Of a DNA stretch of 32,000 bases, positions 9,001 to 16,099 are shown piece after piece (positions within the stretch are counted from its first letter, which is position 1; each line of letters starts with the position of its first letter). The DNA comes from Rhodobacter capsulatus SB 1003. Lineage in GTDB: Bacteria; Pseudomonadota; Alphaproteobacteria; Rhodobacterales; Rhodobacteraceae. The position numbers were made by a program, and so were the translations under genes. The notes below the pieces were generated by a model. It had not been told where the DNA came from. It did not search any database and saw only the letters and a list, made by a program, of their open reading frames with translations. Location of the stretch: assembly GCF_000021865.1 (NCBI RefSeq), contig NC_014034.1:2970001-3002000 (forward strand), read 5' to 3'.

Positions 9001-9241
9001 CTCGGTCGCGCGCGAAGCGACGCAAAAGAACGCGCTCGATCTGAACAAGATCTCGCTGATCGGGCTTTACGGCACCCCCGGCAGCCGCCGCGCGCTGGTG
9101 CGGATGCCGAATGGGCGCTTCTTCAAACTGCAGGTCGGCGACCGGATCGATGGCGGCCGCGTCACCGCGATCGGCGACAGCCAGATGACCTATCAGAAGG
9201 GCAACCGCCCGATCACGCTCAAGCTGCTCAAGGGCGGTTGA
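6083..9241 (+). CDS. 1052-aa Pro/Ala-rich single-pass membrane protein with globular N- and C-terminal modules
   Basis: ATG at 6083 with AAGG upstream and normal GC3-rich codon usage. Layout: globular N-terminal ~165 aa (MKPNFALNLSHDGIGLLHRGKSGWERVGEV...), long P/A/E/K low-complexity tracts, one TM segment (YVGVTLLGGLVAFLAIAALWSSFLI), and a C-terminal beta-rich module (ISLIGLYGTPGSRRALVRMPNGRFFKLQVGDRIDGGRVTAIGDSQMTY). The fully overlapping antisense ORF is rejected. Confidence 0.8.
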   Translation: MKPNFALNLSHDGIGLLHRGKSGWERVGEVALDAPDFGERLTALRRAAKTRAPEGVTTKIVVPASQILYTEITAPGPQSAVRRRQIADALEGMTPYAVPDLVFDWCGQGEVVQVAVVARETLAEAEAFADDCGFFPVSFVAAPDPAQFAGEPWFGITTTAPAHLPQGARIERDTEALPLDLLHAAAAPVAPAPEPEPAPAPALQPAPEPAPEISPPAQALTPPAPAQTAPEPPAAKPAAEVAPVKAPAAEAAPIPTEPTPAADPKPAPKPAQKPAAKPAPEPEKAAAPVAPATPATEAAEAPAAAPKPAKPQAAEPPKAAEPTPPAPAAPKAKPEPQPKPAPQPTPEAQGKPEAQAKSEPQPKPQPKPEAQSKPDPAPKAPAAKAETPALAEKGLDLLAALEETQLSGIDTVPPLKIDMPEAPAAAPRPGDAARAGAAARKPLPGAARPGTTPDGADSAKPAPRKPLLAETDRPASAAADPAAPLRQPDLPAAAEAPGATEPLRKIAEDGRRLAALGAAALETTASKALAKARDLRPGAATAEPSAAEAAPEADPAEARTVFGARKTPRIGGKPKYVGVTLLGGLVAFLAIAALWSSFLIEPEAPTEAPAPTEAIATAPAAPDATPEAATAPQAPAPTPPASPATDAVPATDTPPEPTPPATATPAPETPAPETPATATPAPETQAPAAEAPLTLPALPTLPPLTTPPAATAPEGQPPVQPAVPGAPAAAQATPSRDGTLTAEGFTLFEGTPPSKSKPRPASVSRAATEAAEAAAAPPADPALKNARPKARPASVAAAAAKAAATPPAATEPATPPGEAAPAASPEEGALLAPGLSPDLARVLRRAQPKERPGSVERRAAAALAEAEAAKAAAETALAAETAAAEAGLASSRRPMTRPRNFEASVQSALAAAIAAEPPPPARVAAVEPAPVAPEKPVRAKPSPPPEPTVISGPDVETGEVESAAVIPRGPTAASVAREATQKNALDLNKISLIGLYGTPGSRRALVRMPNGRFFKLQVGDRIDGGRVTAIGDSQMTYQKGNRPITLKLLKGG
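7117..7152 (+). repeat. 18-bp in-frame tandem repeat x2 (PEAQGK/PEAQAK) inside the Pro/Ala-rich gene
   Basis: GCCGGAAGCGCAGGGCAA (7117-7134) is followed directly by GCCGGAAGCGCAGGCCAA (7135-7152), identical at 17 of 18 positions. Similar short in-frame repeats occur at about 8060-8140 (TATPAPET units). Confidence 0.7.
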
Positions 9242-9273
9242 GCCGTTCACATCCGGTAACAGGGCTGAAACCT

Positions 9274-9309
9274 CGGGCTTTTGCGCTTGGCGCAAAGGCC
9301 CTTTCTGTT
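9274..9309 (+). terminator. Rho-independent terminator after the Pro/Ala-rich gene
   Basis: GGGCTTTTGCGC (9274-9285) / GCGCAAAGGCCC (9289-9300) form a 12-bp stem with one G-U pair and a 3-nt loop (TTG), followed by TTTCTGTTT. Confidence 0.7.
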
Positions 9310-9387
9310 TAGGGTCGGCGCATCCCCCGCGTTTGACGCCGTGCCGCCGCTGCCCCGCAGCCGGGCGTCTTCTCTGAATGGAATTGC

Positions 9388-11283
9388 ATGGAAAGCTTTC
9401 TGCTCCAGGCTACGCTTTATCTTGTCGCCATGGTCGTGGCGGTGCCGCTGGCGACGCGGGCGGGGCTGGGATCCGTGCTGGGCTATCTGATCGCCGGGGT
9501 CTGCATCGGGCCGGTGCTGGGGCTGGCGCAGGGCGAGGCGCATGATCTGCAGCATTTCGCCGAATTCGGCGTGGTGATGATGCTGTTCCTGATCGGGCTC
9601 GAACTCGACCCGAAGGCGCTGTGGTCGATGCGCGACAAGCTGGTGGGCCTGGGCGGGCTGCAGGTGCTGATCACCACGACCGCGGTGGCGCTGGCGGCGC
9701 TGGCGGTGGGGCAGCCGCCGCGGGCGGCGATTGCGCTGGGCGCGATCCTGTCGCTGTCCTCGACCGCAATCGTGGTGCAGATGCTGACCGAAAAGCGGCT
9801 GATGCAGACCGCCGGCGGGCGCTCGGCCTTTGCGGTGCTGCTGACGCAGGACATCGCGGTGATCCCGATGCTGGCGCTGTTGCCGCTGCTCGCCCTGCCC
9901 GGGGCGCGCGAACTGGCCCGGGCCGAGGCCTCGGGCCATGGTGCGGCGGCTTTCATGGATGCGCTGCCCGCCTGGGGGCTGACGCTGGTGACGCTGGCCG
10001 CGGTGGTGCTGGTGGTGGGGATCGGGCATTTTCTGGTGCAGCCGCTGTTTCGCTTCGTGCAGGGCTCGAAGCTGCGCGAGATCCATACGGCGGTGGCGTT
10101 GATGCTGGTGGTCGGCATCGCCTCGCTGATGAATCTGGTCGGGCTGTCGCCGGCGCTTGGCACTTTCCTCGCGGGGGTGGTGCTGGCCGATTCCGAATTC
10201 AAGCATGAACTGGAAAGCAGCCTCGAGCCGTTCAAGGGCCTGTTGATGGGGCTTTTCTTCATCGCCGTGGGCGCGGGGATCGATCTGGACGTGCTTTACG
10301 CCGGGCCGCTGAAGATCGCCGCGCTGGTGCTGGCGCTGGTGGCGCTGAAATCGGCGGTGCTTTACGGGCTGGCGCGGCTCTTCGGGCTTTGGGGTACGGA
10401 CCGCTGGCTGTTCACCTTTGGCCTCGCGCAGGCGGGGGAATTCTCGCTGGTGCTGGTGTCCTTTGCGACGATGCAGCGGATCTTGCCGCAGGAGACGGCG
10501 GAAAAGGCGCTGCTGGTGATCGCGCTCTCGATGCTGCTCTCGCCGATGCTGTTTTTGCTGCATGAACGGCTGGCGCGGCGGCTGAAACCGGCCGCGACGC
10601 GCCCCGACCCCGACCAGATCGACGAGGAACAGCCGATCATCATCGCGGGGGCCGGGCGCTTTGGCCAGGTGGTGAACCGGATGGTGACGATGTCGGGCTT
10701 TCGCACCACGGTTCTTGATGCCGATCTGAAGACGGTGCAGACCCTGCGCACCTTTGGCTTCAAGGCCTGGTATGGCGATCCGGCGCAGCCGCAGCTGCTG
10801 GCGGCGGCGGGGCTGAGCCGTGCGCGGGTGCTGGTGGCGGCGCTGGACGACAAGGAGGCGACGAACCGGCTGGTGGCCTATGCCCGCAAGGAGCGGCCCG
10901 ACCTGCATATCATCGCCCGCGCCCGCGACCGCTATCACGTCTACGATCTTTACGCCGCGGGCGCCGATGACATCGTGCGCGAGATGTTCGACAGCTCCTG
11001 CCGGGCGGCGCGTTATGTGCTGGAAAACGTTGGCCTCAGCGCATTCGAGGCACACGAGCTGGAACGGCTGTTCTGGAAGCTGGACCGGTCGGCCGTGCGC
11101 GATCTGGCCGAGGTCTGGAAACCCGGGGTCGAGGCCGAGAAGAACACCGAATATGTGGAGCGGGTGAAGGCGCTGAACACCGAGTTCGAGGCGCAGATGC
11201 TGGCGCATTTCACCGAGCGGCGGCGGCAGTCCGACGCCCAGGGCAAGGCGCCGCAGGACCGCGACGTGATCGAGGAGGGCTGA
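9388..11283 (+). CDS. monovalent cation:proton antiporter-2 (CPA2) family, KefB/KefC-like K+ efflux protein with RCK/TrkA-N domain
   Basis: 631-aa ORF. The N-terminal ~390 aa is polytopic and hydrophobic (GYLIAGVCIGP, FGVVMMLFLIGLEL). The C-terminal part has the Rossmann motif IIIAGAGRFGQVV typical of TrkA-N/RCK domains. Confidence 0.88.
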   Translation: MESFLLQATLYLVAMVVAVPLATRAGLGSVLGYLIAGVCIGPVLGLAQGEAHDLQHFAEFGVVMMLFLIGLELDPKALWSMRDKLVGLGGLQVLITTTAVALAALAVGQPPRAAIALGAILSLSSTAIVVQMLTEKRLMQTAGGRSAFAVLLTQDIAVIPMLALLPLLALPGARELARAEASGHGAAAFMDALPAWGLTLVTLAAVVLVVGIGHFLVQPLFRFVQGSKLREIHTAVALMLVVGIASLMNLVGLSPALGTFLAGVVLADSEFKHELESSLEPFKGLLMGLFFIAVGAGIDLDVLYAGPLKIAALVLALVALKSAVLYGLARLFGLWGTDRWLFTFGLAQAGEFSLVLVSFATMQRILPQETAEKALLVIALSMLLSPMLFLLHERLARRLKPAATRPDPDQIDEEQPIIIAGAGRFGQVVNRMVTMSGFRTTVLDADLKTVQTLRTFGFKAWYGDPAQPQLLAAAGLSRARVLVAALDDKEATNRLVAYARKERPDLHIIARARDRYHVYDLYAAGADDIVREMFDSSCRAARYVLENVGLSAFEAHELERLFWKLDRSAVRDLAEVWKPGVEAEKNTEYVERVKALNTEFEAQMLAHFTERRRQSDAQGKAPQDRDVIEEG

Positions 11284-11318
11284 GCCCCCCTGCCCCTTCC
11301 TGCCCTTCCGGAAACGAA

Positions 11319-11342
11319 AACGGGCCCCGCAAGGGGCCCGTT
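11319..11342. terminator. bidirectional terminator hairpin between convergent antiporter gene and carD
   Basis: AACGGGCCCC (11319-11328) GCAA GGGGCCCGTT (11333-11342) is a perfect 10-bp stem, with A-rich sequence on the left and T-containing sequence on the right. It lies between the stops at 11283 (+) and 11364 (-). Confidence 0.6.
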
Positions 11343-11363
11343 CGATAATGCGGGGGGAACGCC

Positions 11364-11873
11364 TCAGGCGGCGCGGCCGACCAGAACCTCGTCGACCTTC
11401 TTCGCGGCCCCGGCCTCGTCGGTGCCAGAGACGGCCGCCACTTCGCGGGTCAGCCGCTCCAGCGCGGCTTCGTAAAGCTGACGTTCCGAATAGGATTGTT
11501 CGCGCTGGTCGTCGGCGCGGTGCAGGTCACGCACCACCTCGGCGATCGACAGCAGATCGCCCGAATTGATCTTTTGCTCGTATTCCTGAGCCCGGCGCGA
11601 CCACATCGCCCGCTTGACCTTGGCCTTGCCCTTGAGCGTTTCCAGCGCCTTGGTCACGACATCCGGGCTCGACAATCCGCGCATGCCGATATCCACCGCC
11701 TTGTGGGTGGGAACGCGGAGCGTCATCTTGTCCTTTTCGAACGAGATCACGAACAGTTCCAGCCGCAGACCGGCGATTTCCTGTTCCTCGATCGAGATGA
11801 TCTTGCCGACGCCATGAGCCGGATACACAACGAAATCGTCCGGACGGAATTCGGTCTTCTTCATTTTGGTCAT
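11364..11873 (-). CDS. carD: CarD/CdnL family transcriptional regulator (RNA polymerase-binding)
   Basis: 169-aa ORF with the CarD N-terminal signature FRPDDFVVYPAHGVGKIISIEEQEIAG and AAGGAAG Shine-Dalgarno upstream. Confidence 0.9.
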   Translation of the reverse strand: MTKMKKTEFRPDDFVVYPAHGVGKIISIEEQEIAGLRLELFVISFEKDKMTLRVPTHKAVDIGMRGLSSPDVVTKALETLKGKAKVKRAMWSRRAQEYEQKINSGDLLSIAEVVRDLHRADDQREQSYSERQLYEAALERLTREVAAVSGTDEAGAAKKVDEVLVGRAA

Positions 11874-12246
11874 TCAGTCGCTTCCTTGCACCCGGTTACG
11901 GCCCCATCACAAAAACAGACTCACGCGGCACGGAATGCGCTGCGAGGCCTGATTTTTCGCGAAAGAAGCCCCGTCAGACGAGCAGTTCTGGCCGGGGCAT
12001 GGGGCGTTCTCCTTTGTAACGACTTTATAGCATAAAAATCAGCCGATTCATAGCTTCGCGCGGGGGAACATGCGCGTGAACGGCCGGAATTTGAGGAAAA
12101 ATTCAGGTTTTGGCTTAATCTTGCGGCCCGCCGCGCAGCGACGAATCCGCGCATGCAACGGCGCCGCCCGCAAGGGCCGGTCAAACGGCCCCCGCGGCGA
12201 CTCGGACCGGGGCGGGACAGCCCCGCGCCCCGGGCCCTGACGCGGT

Positions 12247-12274
12247 GCTCAGTCGCCCGCGCTCAGTCGCCCGT
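12247..12274. repeat. 14-bp tandem duplication spanning the fdxA stop codon
   Basis: GCTCAGTCGCCCGC (12247-12260) is followed directly by GCTCAGTCGCCCGT (12261-12274). The fdxA stop (TCA on the + strand, 12263-12265) lies in the second copy. Confidence 0.7.
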
Positions 12275-12601
12275 GCCGGGATTGGGCGAGAAGTATTTCT
12301 CGCGCTTGCCGGTCTCGCCGTCGTATTTCTTGTGATCGGGCATCGGGTCTTTCTTGATCGTGATCACCGGCCATTGGCTTGCATAGGTGCGGTTGAACTC
12401 GACCCAGTCTTCCATGCCCGGCTCGGTGTCCGGACGAATCGCGTCGGCCGGGCATTCCGGTTCGCAGACCCCGCAGTCGATGCATTCATCGGGATGGATC
12501 ACCAGCGTGTTCTCGCCCTCGTAGAAGCAGTCCACCGGGCAGACTTCCACACAGTCGGTATATTTGCAGGCGATGCAGTTGTCGGTGACGACATAGGTCA
12601 T
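12263..12601 (-). CDS. fdxA: 7Fe ferredoxin (Azotobacter type, [3Fe-4S][4Fe-4S])
   Basis: The internal ATG (CAT at 12599-12601) of ORF 12263..12793 gives 112 aa: [55 protein letters not shown]..., with the classical CxxCxxxxCxxxCP and CxxCxxCxxxCP cysteine patterns. The upstream extension of the ORF runs into the repeat element and is not credible. Confidence 0.9.
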   Translation of the reverse strand: MTYVVTDNCIACKYTDCVEVCPVDCFYEGENTLVIHPDECIDCGVCEPECPADAIRPDTEPGMEDWVEFNRTYASQWPVITIKKDPMPDHKKYDGETGKREKYFSPNPGTGD

Positions 12602-12632
12602 TCTTTGTAACCCCAATCTTTGGCGCAGGGAT

Positions 12633-12661
12633 GTCCTAGCCCTCCGGGGGCGATCAATCAA
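12633..12661 (-). promoter_or_regulatory. sigma70-like promoter candidate for fdxA
   Basis: On the minus strand: TTGATT (12661-12656), a 17-nt spacer, then TAGGAC (12638-12633), about 30 nt upstream of the fdxA ATG. Sequence match only. Confidence 0.3.
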
Positions 12662-12734
12662 GAGCAGGAGATATACAAAAACCGGGTGCGGCGAAGTGCC
12701 GGGGGGCTGAAGCGCGGCTCGGATCGGGCAGACG

Positions 12735-12940
12735 GGCCGAGGCCATCGCCGAGGCCGCGCGCGACAGAAGCCCCGTGACCCCCGAGGGCCCAAAGGCCCT
12801 CGGGCAGCGCCCGCCCCGCCCCTGGCGGGCGCTTCTCGCCCGCCGGGCCGGGCGCTGCCCTCTGTCGCGCCTGGGGAAACGGTCTTGTCACCGCCGCTGC
12901 GGCACGGGCGGGGAAAGGCGATGCCTTTCCCGATCCGCCC
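12735..12940 (-). repeat. ~205-bp structured intergenic repeat, copy A (minus orientation)
   Basis: The reverse complement aligns by hand with 18032-18245 and 30343-30550. A 50-nt core (CGCCCGGCCCGGCGGGCGAGAAGCGCCCGCCAGGGGCGGGGCGGGCGCTG) is identical to copy B. It contains the hairpins GGAAAGGC-ATC-GCCTTTCC, AGCGCCCGCC..GGCGGGCGCT and CCCGAGGGCC-CAAA-GGCCCTCGGG. It starts about 20 nt 3' of the S4-protein stop. Confidence 0.8.
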
Positions 12941-12961
12941 GAAACCGGTGATGGCAACGGA

Positions 12962-13240
12962 TCACTCCCCCGCCGCGTCGATCAGCGCGTAGAGCGTCAC
13001 GGCTTCCGGCGCGGGGCCGCGGCGCGTGCCGCAGGCCAGGATGCGCAGCACGCGCACCTCGGCGCCCAGAACCAGCGTCAGCACGTCGCCCGGGCCGACC
13101 GCACGGCCGGGCTTTTCAAGCTTCTGCCCGTTCACCCGCACCCGGCCCGCGGTGACCAGATCAACGGCCAAGGCGCGGCTCTTTGCGAACCGCGCCTGCC
13201 AAAGCCATTTGTCGATGCGGATGCGATCGCCTTCAGACAA
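12962..13240 (-). CDS. S4-domain RNA-binding protein (Hsp15/HslR-like)
   Basis: 92-aa ORF with the S4 motif RIDKWLWQARFAKSRALAVDLVTAGRVRVNG. It starts 3 nt after the helicase stop on the same strand. Confidence 0.8.
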   Translation of the reverse strand: MSEGDRIRIDKWLWQARFAKSRALAVDLVTAGRVRVNGQKLEKPGRAVGPGDVLTLVLGAEVRVLRILACGTRRGPAPEAVTLYALIDAAGE

Positions 13241-13243
13241 GGG

Positions 13244-16087
13244 TCAAAGCTTGCCTTTCAGCCCCATCAGCGCCGCCGCAAACGGGTTGTCGGGATCGAT
13301 CGGCTTGTCCTTTTTCGGCGGATGCGATTCGAAGCCGCGGCCACGGTCGTCCTGCGGCTTGCCCTTGCCCCAGGGCTTGCCGCCCTTCGGCCCGCCCTTG
13401 CCGCCCTCGCCACCGAACTTGCGCTCGCCGCGCGGGCCATCCTCGTCGCGATGGCGCGGCTTGCCGCCCTCGTGACGCTTCTCGCCGCCCTTGTGATCAC
13501 CGCCGCGGTCACCGCCGCGATCACCGCCCTTGTGCGGACGGTCGCCGCCCTTGTGATCGCCACCGCGGGCCTCGCGCGGGCCGCGATGGCCCTCGCCGCC
13601 GCCTTCGCGCGGTTCGCGACGCGGGCCGCGTTCGGTGCGCGGACGCGGCGCCCAGGCGAAGGTGTAAAAGCTCTCCATCTCGACCGGAACGGCTTCCACC
13701 TCGGCCTGCGCCTCGGCGATCGGCGAGGCTTCCTCGGGGATCGGATTGTCCGAGCCCGCCTCGGGCGCCTTTGCCTCGACCACGGGTTTCGCCTTTTCGC
13801 GTTCGCCCTTTTCGGCGCGATAGCCCAGCCCGCCCATCAGATCGGCGAATTGTTCCAGCGTCATGCCGGTGATCGACAGCATGTCCGGCGTGGCTTCAAA
13901 GCCTGCCTTGCTGTCTTGCGTGCGCAGCATGTCGGCCAGCCGCTCCAGCATGTCGATGCGGATCGCCCGCACCCCCGCCGGACGATAGCCCGAGCGCGTA
14001 TAGGCCGAGACCGGCACTTCCGCGATATAGGGGATCGTCACCAGACCGGGCGGCGGGCTTTCGGGGAATTCGGACAGCCCGTCCCAAAGCGAGGCCAGCA
14101 CCAGCCGCAGCCGCGTCGGCGCGGGTTTCAGCAACAGCTGCTGGAAGATCGTGTATTGGCCAAAGCGCACGCCATGCTTGCGCAGCGCGCCGCGGGCCTC
14201 CTGATCCAGCTCCTTGACCTCGGCCGCGACGCCCTCGCGCGGCAGGATGCCCATATGCTCGACCAGCCGGAAGGCAAAGCCGCGGGCCAGACCCGTCAGC
14301 GCCTCGTCGCGGCTCATCGCCAGAAGCGGCTCGAAGAGCGCGGCGATCTTGCGGTCGATGAAATGCTGCAGACGGCGGCGGACCTTTTCGGCAACCTCGG
14401 GACCGGCTTCCTCGTCGACGAAGGGCTCGACCGCGGGTTTCAGCGGATCGGCGCCCTTCACCAGCTTGCCCACCGCCTGCGTGCCCCACATCAGCCCGCC
14501 TTGCTCGGTGAAATCCATCTCGGTGTCGGGGGCATTGTAGAAGCGGTCGGACCGCAGGCTGAATTCGGGCTTCAGCGCCTCATAGGCGGCCCGCGCCAGC
14601 ATCTTCGCCTCGTCGGGCGAGGACGTGGTGTCCTGCCGGAAGCGGAAGCCCTCAAGACGGCCGGCGAATTCGCCTTCGACCATCACTTCGCCCTTGTCGT
14701 TCACCTCGGCCACGAGGGTCTCCTTCTGCTTGAGCCGCCGCAGCAGAACACTGGTGCGCCGGTCCACAAATCGTTGGGTCAGCGCGCCATGCAGCGCATC
14801 CGACAGGCGGTCTTCTACAGCGCGCGTCTCTTCGCGCCAATGGGTTTCGTCATCCACCCAGCCTTTGCGTTGCGCAACATAGGTCCAAGTGCGGATGAAG
14901 GCGAGACGTTTCGACAAAGTGTCGATATCGCCCGAGGTCCGGTCGATGCGTTCGATCTGGGATTTCAGCCAGTCCGAAGGCACGCCCTTGCCCGTCTGCA
15001 AAAAGCCGAAGATGCGCGCCAGAAGGGTCGCATGTTCGGTTTCGGAAATCGAGCGGAAATCGGGGATGCGGCAGGTCTCCCACAACAGCCGCACATCGGC
15101 GGGGGCGCGGACGCGGTCGCGGATCTCGGGCATCTCCGACAGGCTTTTGAGCGCGCGCAGATCATCGGCCTCGCGGCCGCGGCTGAGCCATTCGTTCTGC
15201 GGGCTTTCCTCGAGCGACTGGATCAGCCGCGGCACGGTGCCGAATTCAAGCCGCGGATTGCGCCATTGCAGCCGCTGGATCGGCGCGAAGCGATGCTCCT
15301 CGATCGCCTCGATCACCTCTTCGGGCAGGGGATGCGCCTCGCCGGTGATGCCAAAGGTACCGTCCGTCGTGTGCCGCCCGGCCCGGCCCGCGATCTGGCC
15401 CAGCTCATGCGGGAAGAGATGCCGCATCCGCCGGCCGTCGAACTTCGCCGTGGCGGAAAAGGCGACATGTTCGATGTCGAGGTTCAGCCCCATGCCGATC
15501 GCATCGGTGGCGACGAGGTAATCGACATCGCCATTTTGATACATCGCCACCTGCGCATTGCGGGTGCGGGGCGAAAGCGCCCCCATCACCACCGCCGCGC
15601 CGCCCTTTTGGCGCCGGATCAGCTCGGCGATCGCATAGACATTTTCAACCGAAAAGCCCACGATTGCCGCCCGTGGCTTCATCCGGCTTATCTTTTTCGA
15701 ACCTGCCCAGGAAAGTTTGGACAAACGCTCGCGCCGGGCGAATTGCACTTTCGGAACCAGCGCCGCGATGGCGCCCTTCATCGCATCCGAGCCCAGAAAC
15801 AGCGTCTCGTGCAACCCGCGCATGTACAAAAGACGCTCGGTGAAGACATGGCCGCGCTCGGGATCGGCGCAAAGCTGGATCTCGTCGATGGCAACGAAAT
15901 CGGCGCCCACTTCGGGCATCGCCTCGGTGGTGCAGACCCAGTATTGCGCCCGTTCGGGAACGATCCGCTCCTCGCCCGTGACCAGCGCCACGACCGAAGG
16001 GCCGCGCGCTTTCACGATGCGGTCATAGACCTCGCGCGCCAGAAGCCGCAGCGGCAGGCCGATCACCCCGGTGCGGTGCGAGAGCAT
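13244..16087 (-). CDS. SUV3-like superfamily 2 ATP-dependent (RNA) helicase, large ORF lacking its Walker A segment; basic Gly/Arg-rich C-terminal tail
   Basis: 947-aa ORF with helicase motifs AIDEIQL (II), VATDAIGMGLNLD (V) and QIAGRAGR (VI). The C-terminal ~135 aa is rich in GGDHKGG/GGDRGG repeats. The P-loop is encoded upstream, beyond an in-frame TAG (see next feature). Confidence 0.85.
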   Translation of the reverse strand: MLSHRTGVIGLPLRLLAREVYDRIVKARGPSVVALVTGEERIVPERAQYWVCTTEAMPEVGADFVAIDEIQLCADPERGHVFTERLLYMRGLHETLFLGSDAMKGAIAALVPKVQFARRERLSKLSWAGSKKISRMKPRAAIVGFSVENVYAIAELIRRQKGGAAVVMGALSPRTRNAQVAMYQNGDVDYLVATDAIGMGLNLDIEHVAFSATAKFDGRRMRHLFPHELGQIAGRAGRHTTDGTFGITGEAHPLPEEVIEAIEEHRFAPIQRLQWRNPRLEFGTVPRLIQSLEESPQNEWLSRGREADDLRALKSLSEMPEIRDRVRAPADVRLLWETCRIPDFRSISETEHATLLARIFGFLQTGKGVPSDWLKSQIERIDRTSGDIDTLSKRLAFIRTWTYVAQRKGWVDDETHWREETRAVEDRLSDALHGALTQRFVDRRTSVLLRRLKQKETLVAEVNDKGEVMVEGEFAGRLEGFRFRQDTTSSPDEAKMLARAAYEALKPEFSLRSDRFYNAPDTEMDFTEQGGLMWGTQAVGKLVKGADPLKPAVEPFVDEEAGPEVAEKVRRRLQHFIDRKIAALFEPLLAMSRDEALTGLARGFAFRLVEHMGILPREGVAAEVKELDQEARGALRKHGVRFGQYTIFQQLLLKPAPTRLRLVLASLWDGLSEFPESPPPGLVTIPYIAEVPVSAYTRSGYRPAGVRAIRIDMLERLADMLRTQDSKAGFEATPDMLSITGMTLEQFADLMGGLGYRAEKGEREKAKPVVEAKAPEAGSDNPIPEEASPIAEAQAEVEAVPVEMESFYTFAWAPRPRTERGPRREPREGGGEGHRGPREARGGDHKGGDRPHKGGDRGGDRGGDHKGGEKRHEGGKPRHRDEDGPRGERKFGGEGGKGGPKGGKPWGKGKPQDDRGRGFESHPPKKDKPIDPDNPFAAALMGLKGKL

Positions 16088-16099
16088 CCGCTCGATCGC

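Noticed and set aside
5984-9295. 1103-aa minus-strand ORF (Arg/Gly-rich) completely overlapping the Pro/Ala-rich gene
   Set aside because: It is the antisense shadow of GC-rich CCG/GCC-type codons. The translation is pure RG low complexity with no globular ends, no Shine-Dalgarno sequence and no family signature. The plus-strand frame has structured N- and C-terminal modules, a TM helix and a terminator.
9247-11208. 653-aa minus-strand ORF opposite the CPA2 antiporter gene
   Set aside because: This is an Arg/His/Gln-rich shadow ORF. The plus strand encodes a polytopic membrane protein with an RCK domain.
12658-12957. Similar pseudo-peptides (..[17 protein letters not shown]..) predicted from 12658..12957 (-), the tail of 17535..18257 (+) and 30328..30642 (+), suggesting a repeated small protein
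   Set aside because: The similarity comes from the ~205-bp DNA repeat. The copies have no common start codon or Shine-Dalgarno sequence, differences between copies do not respect codon positions, and hairpin covariation argues for a structural nucleic-acid element rather than a protein.
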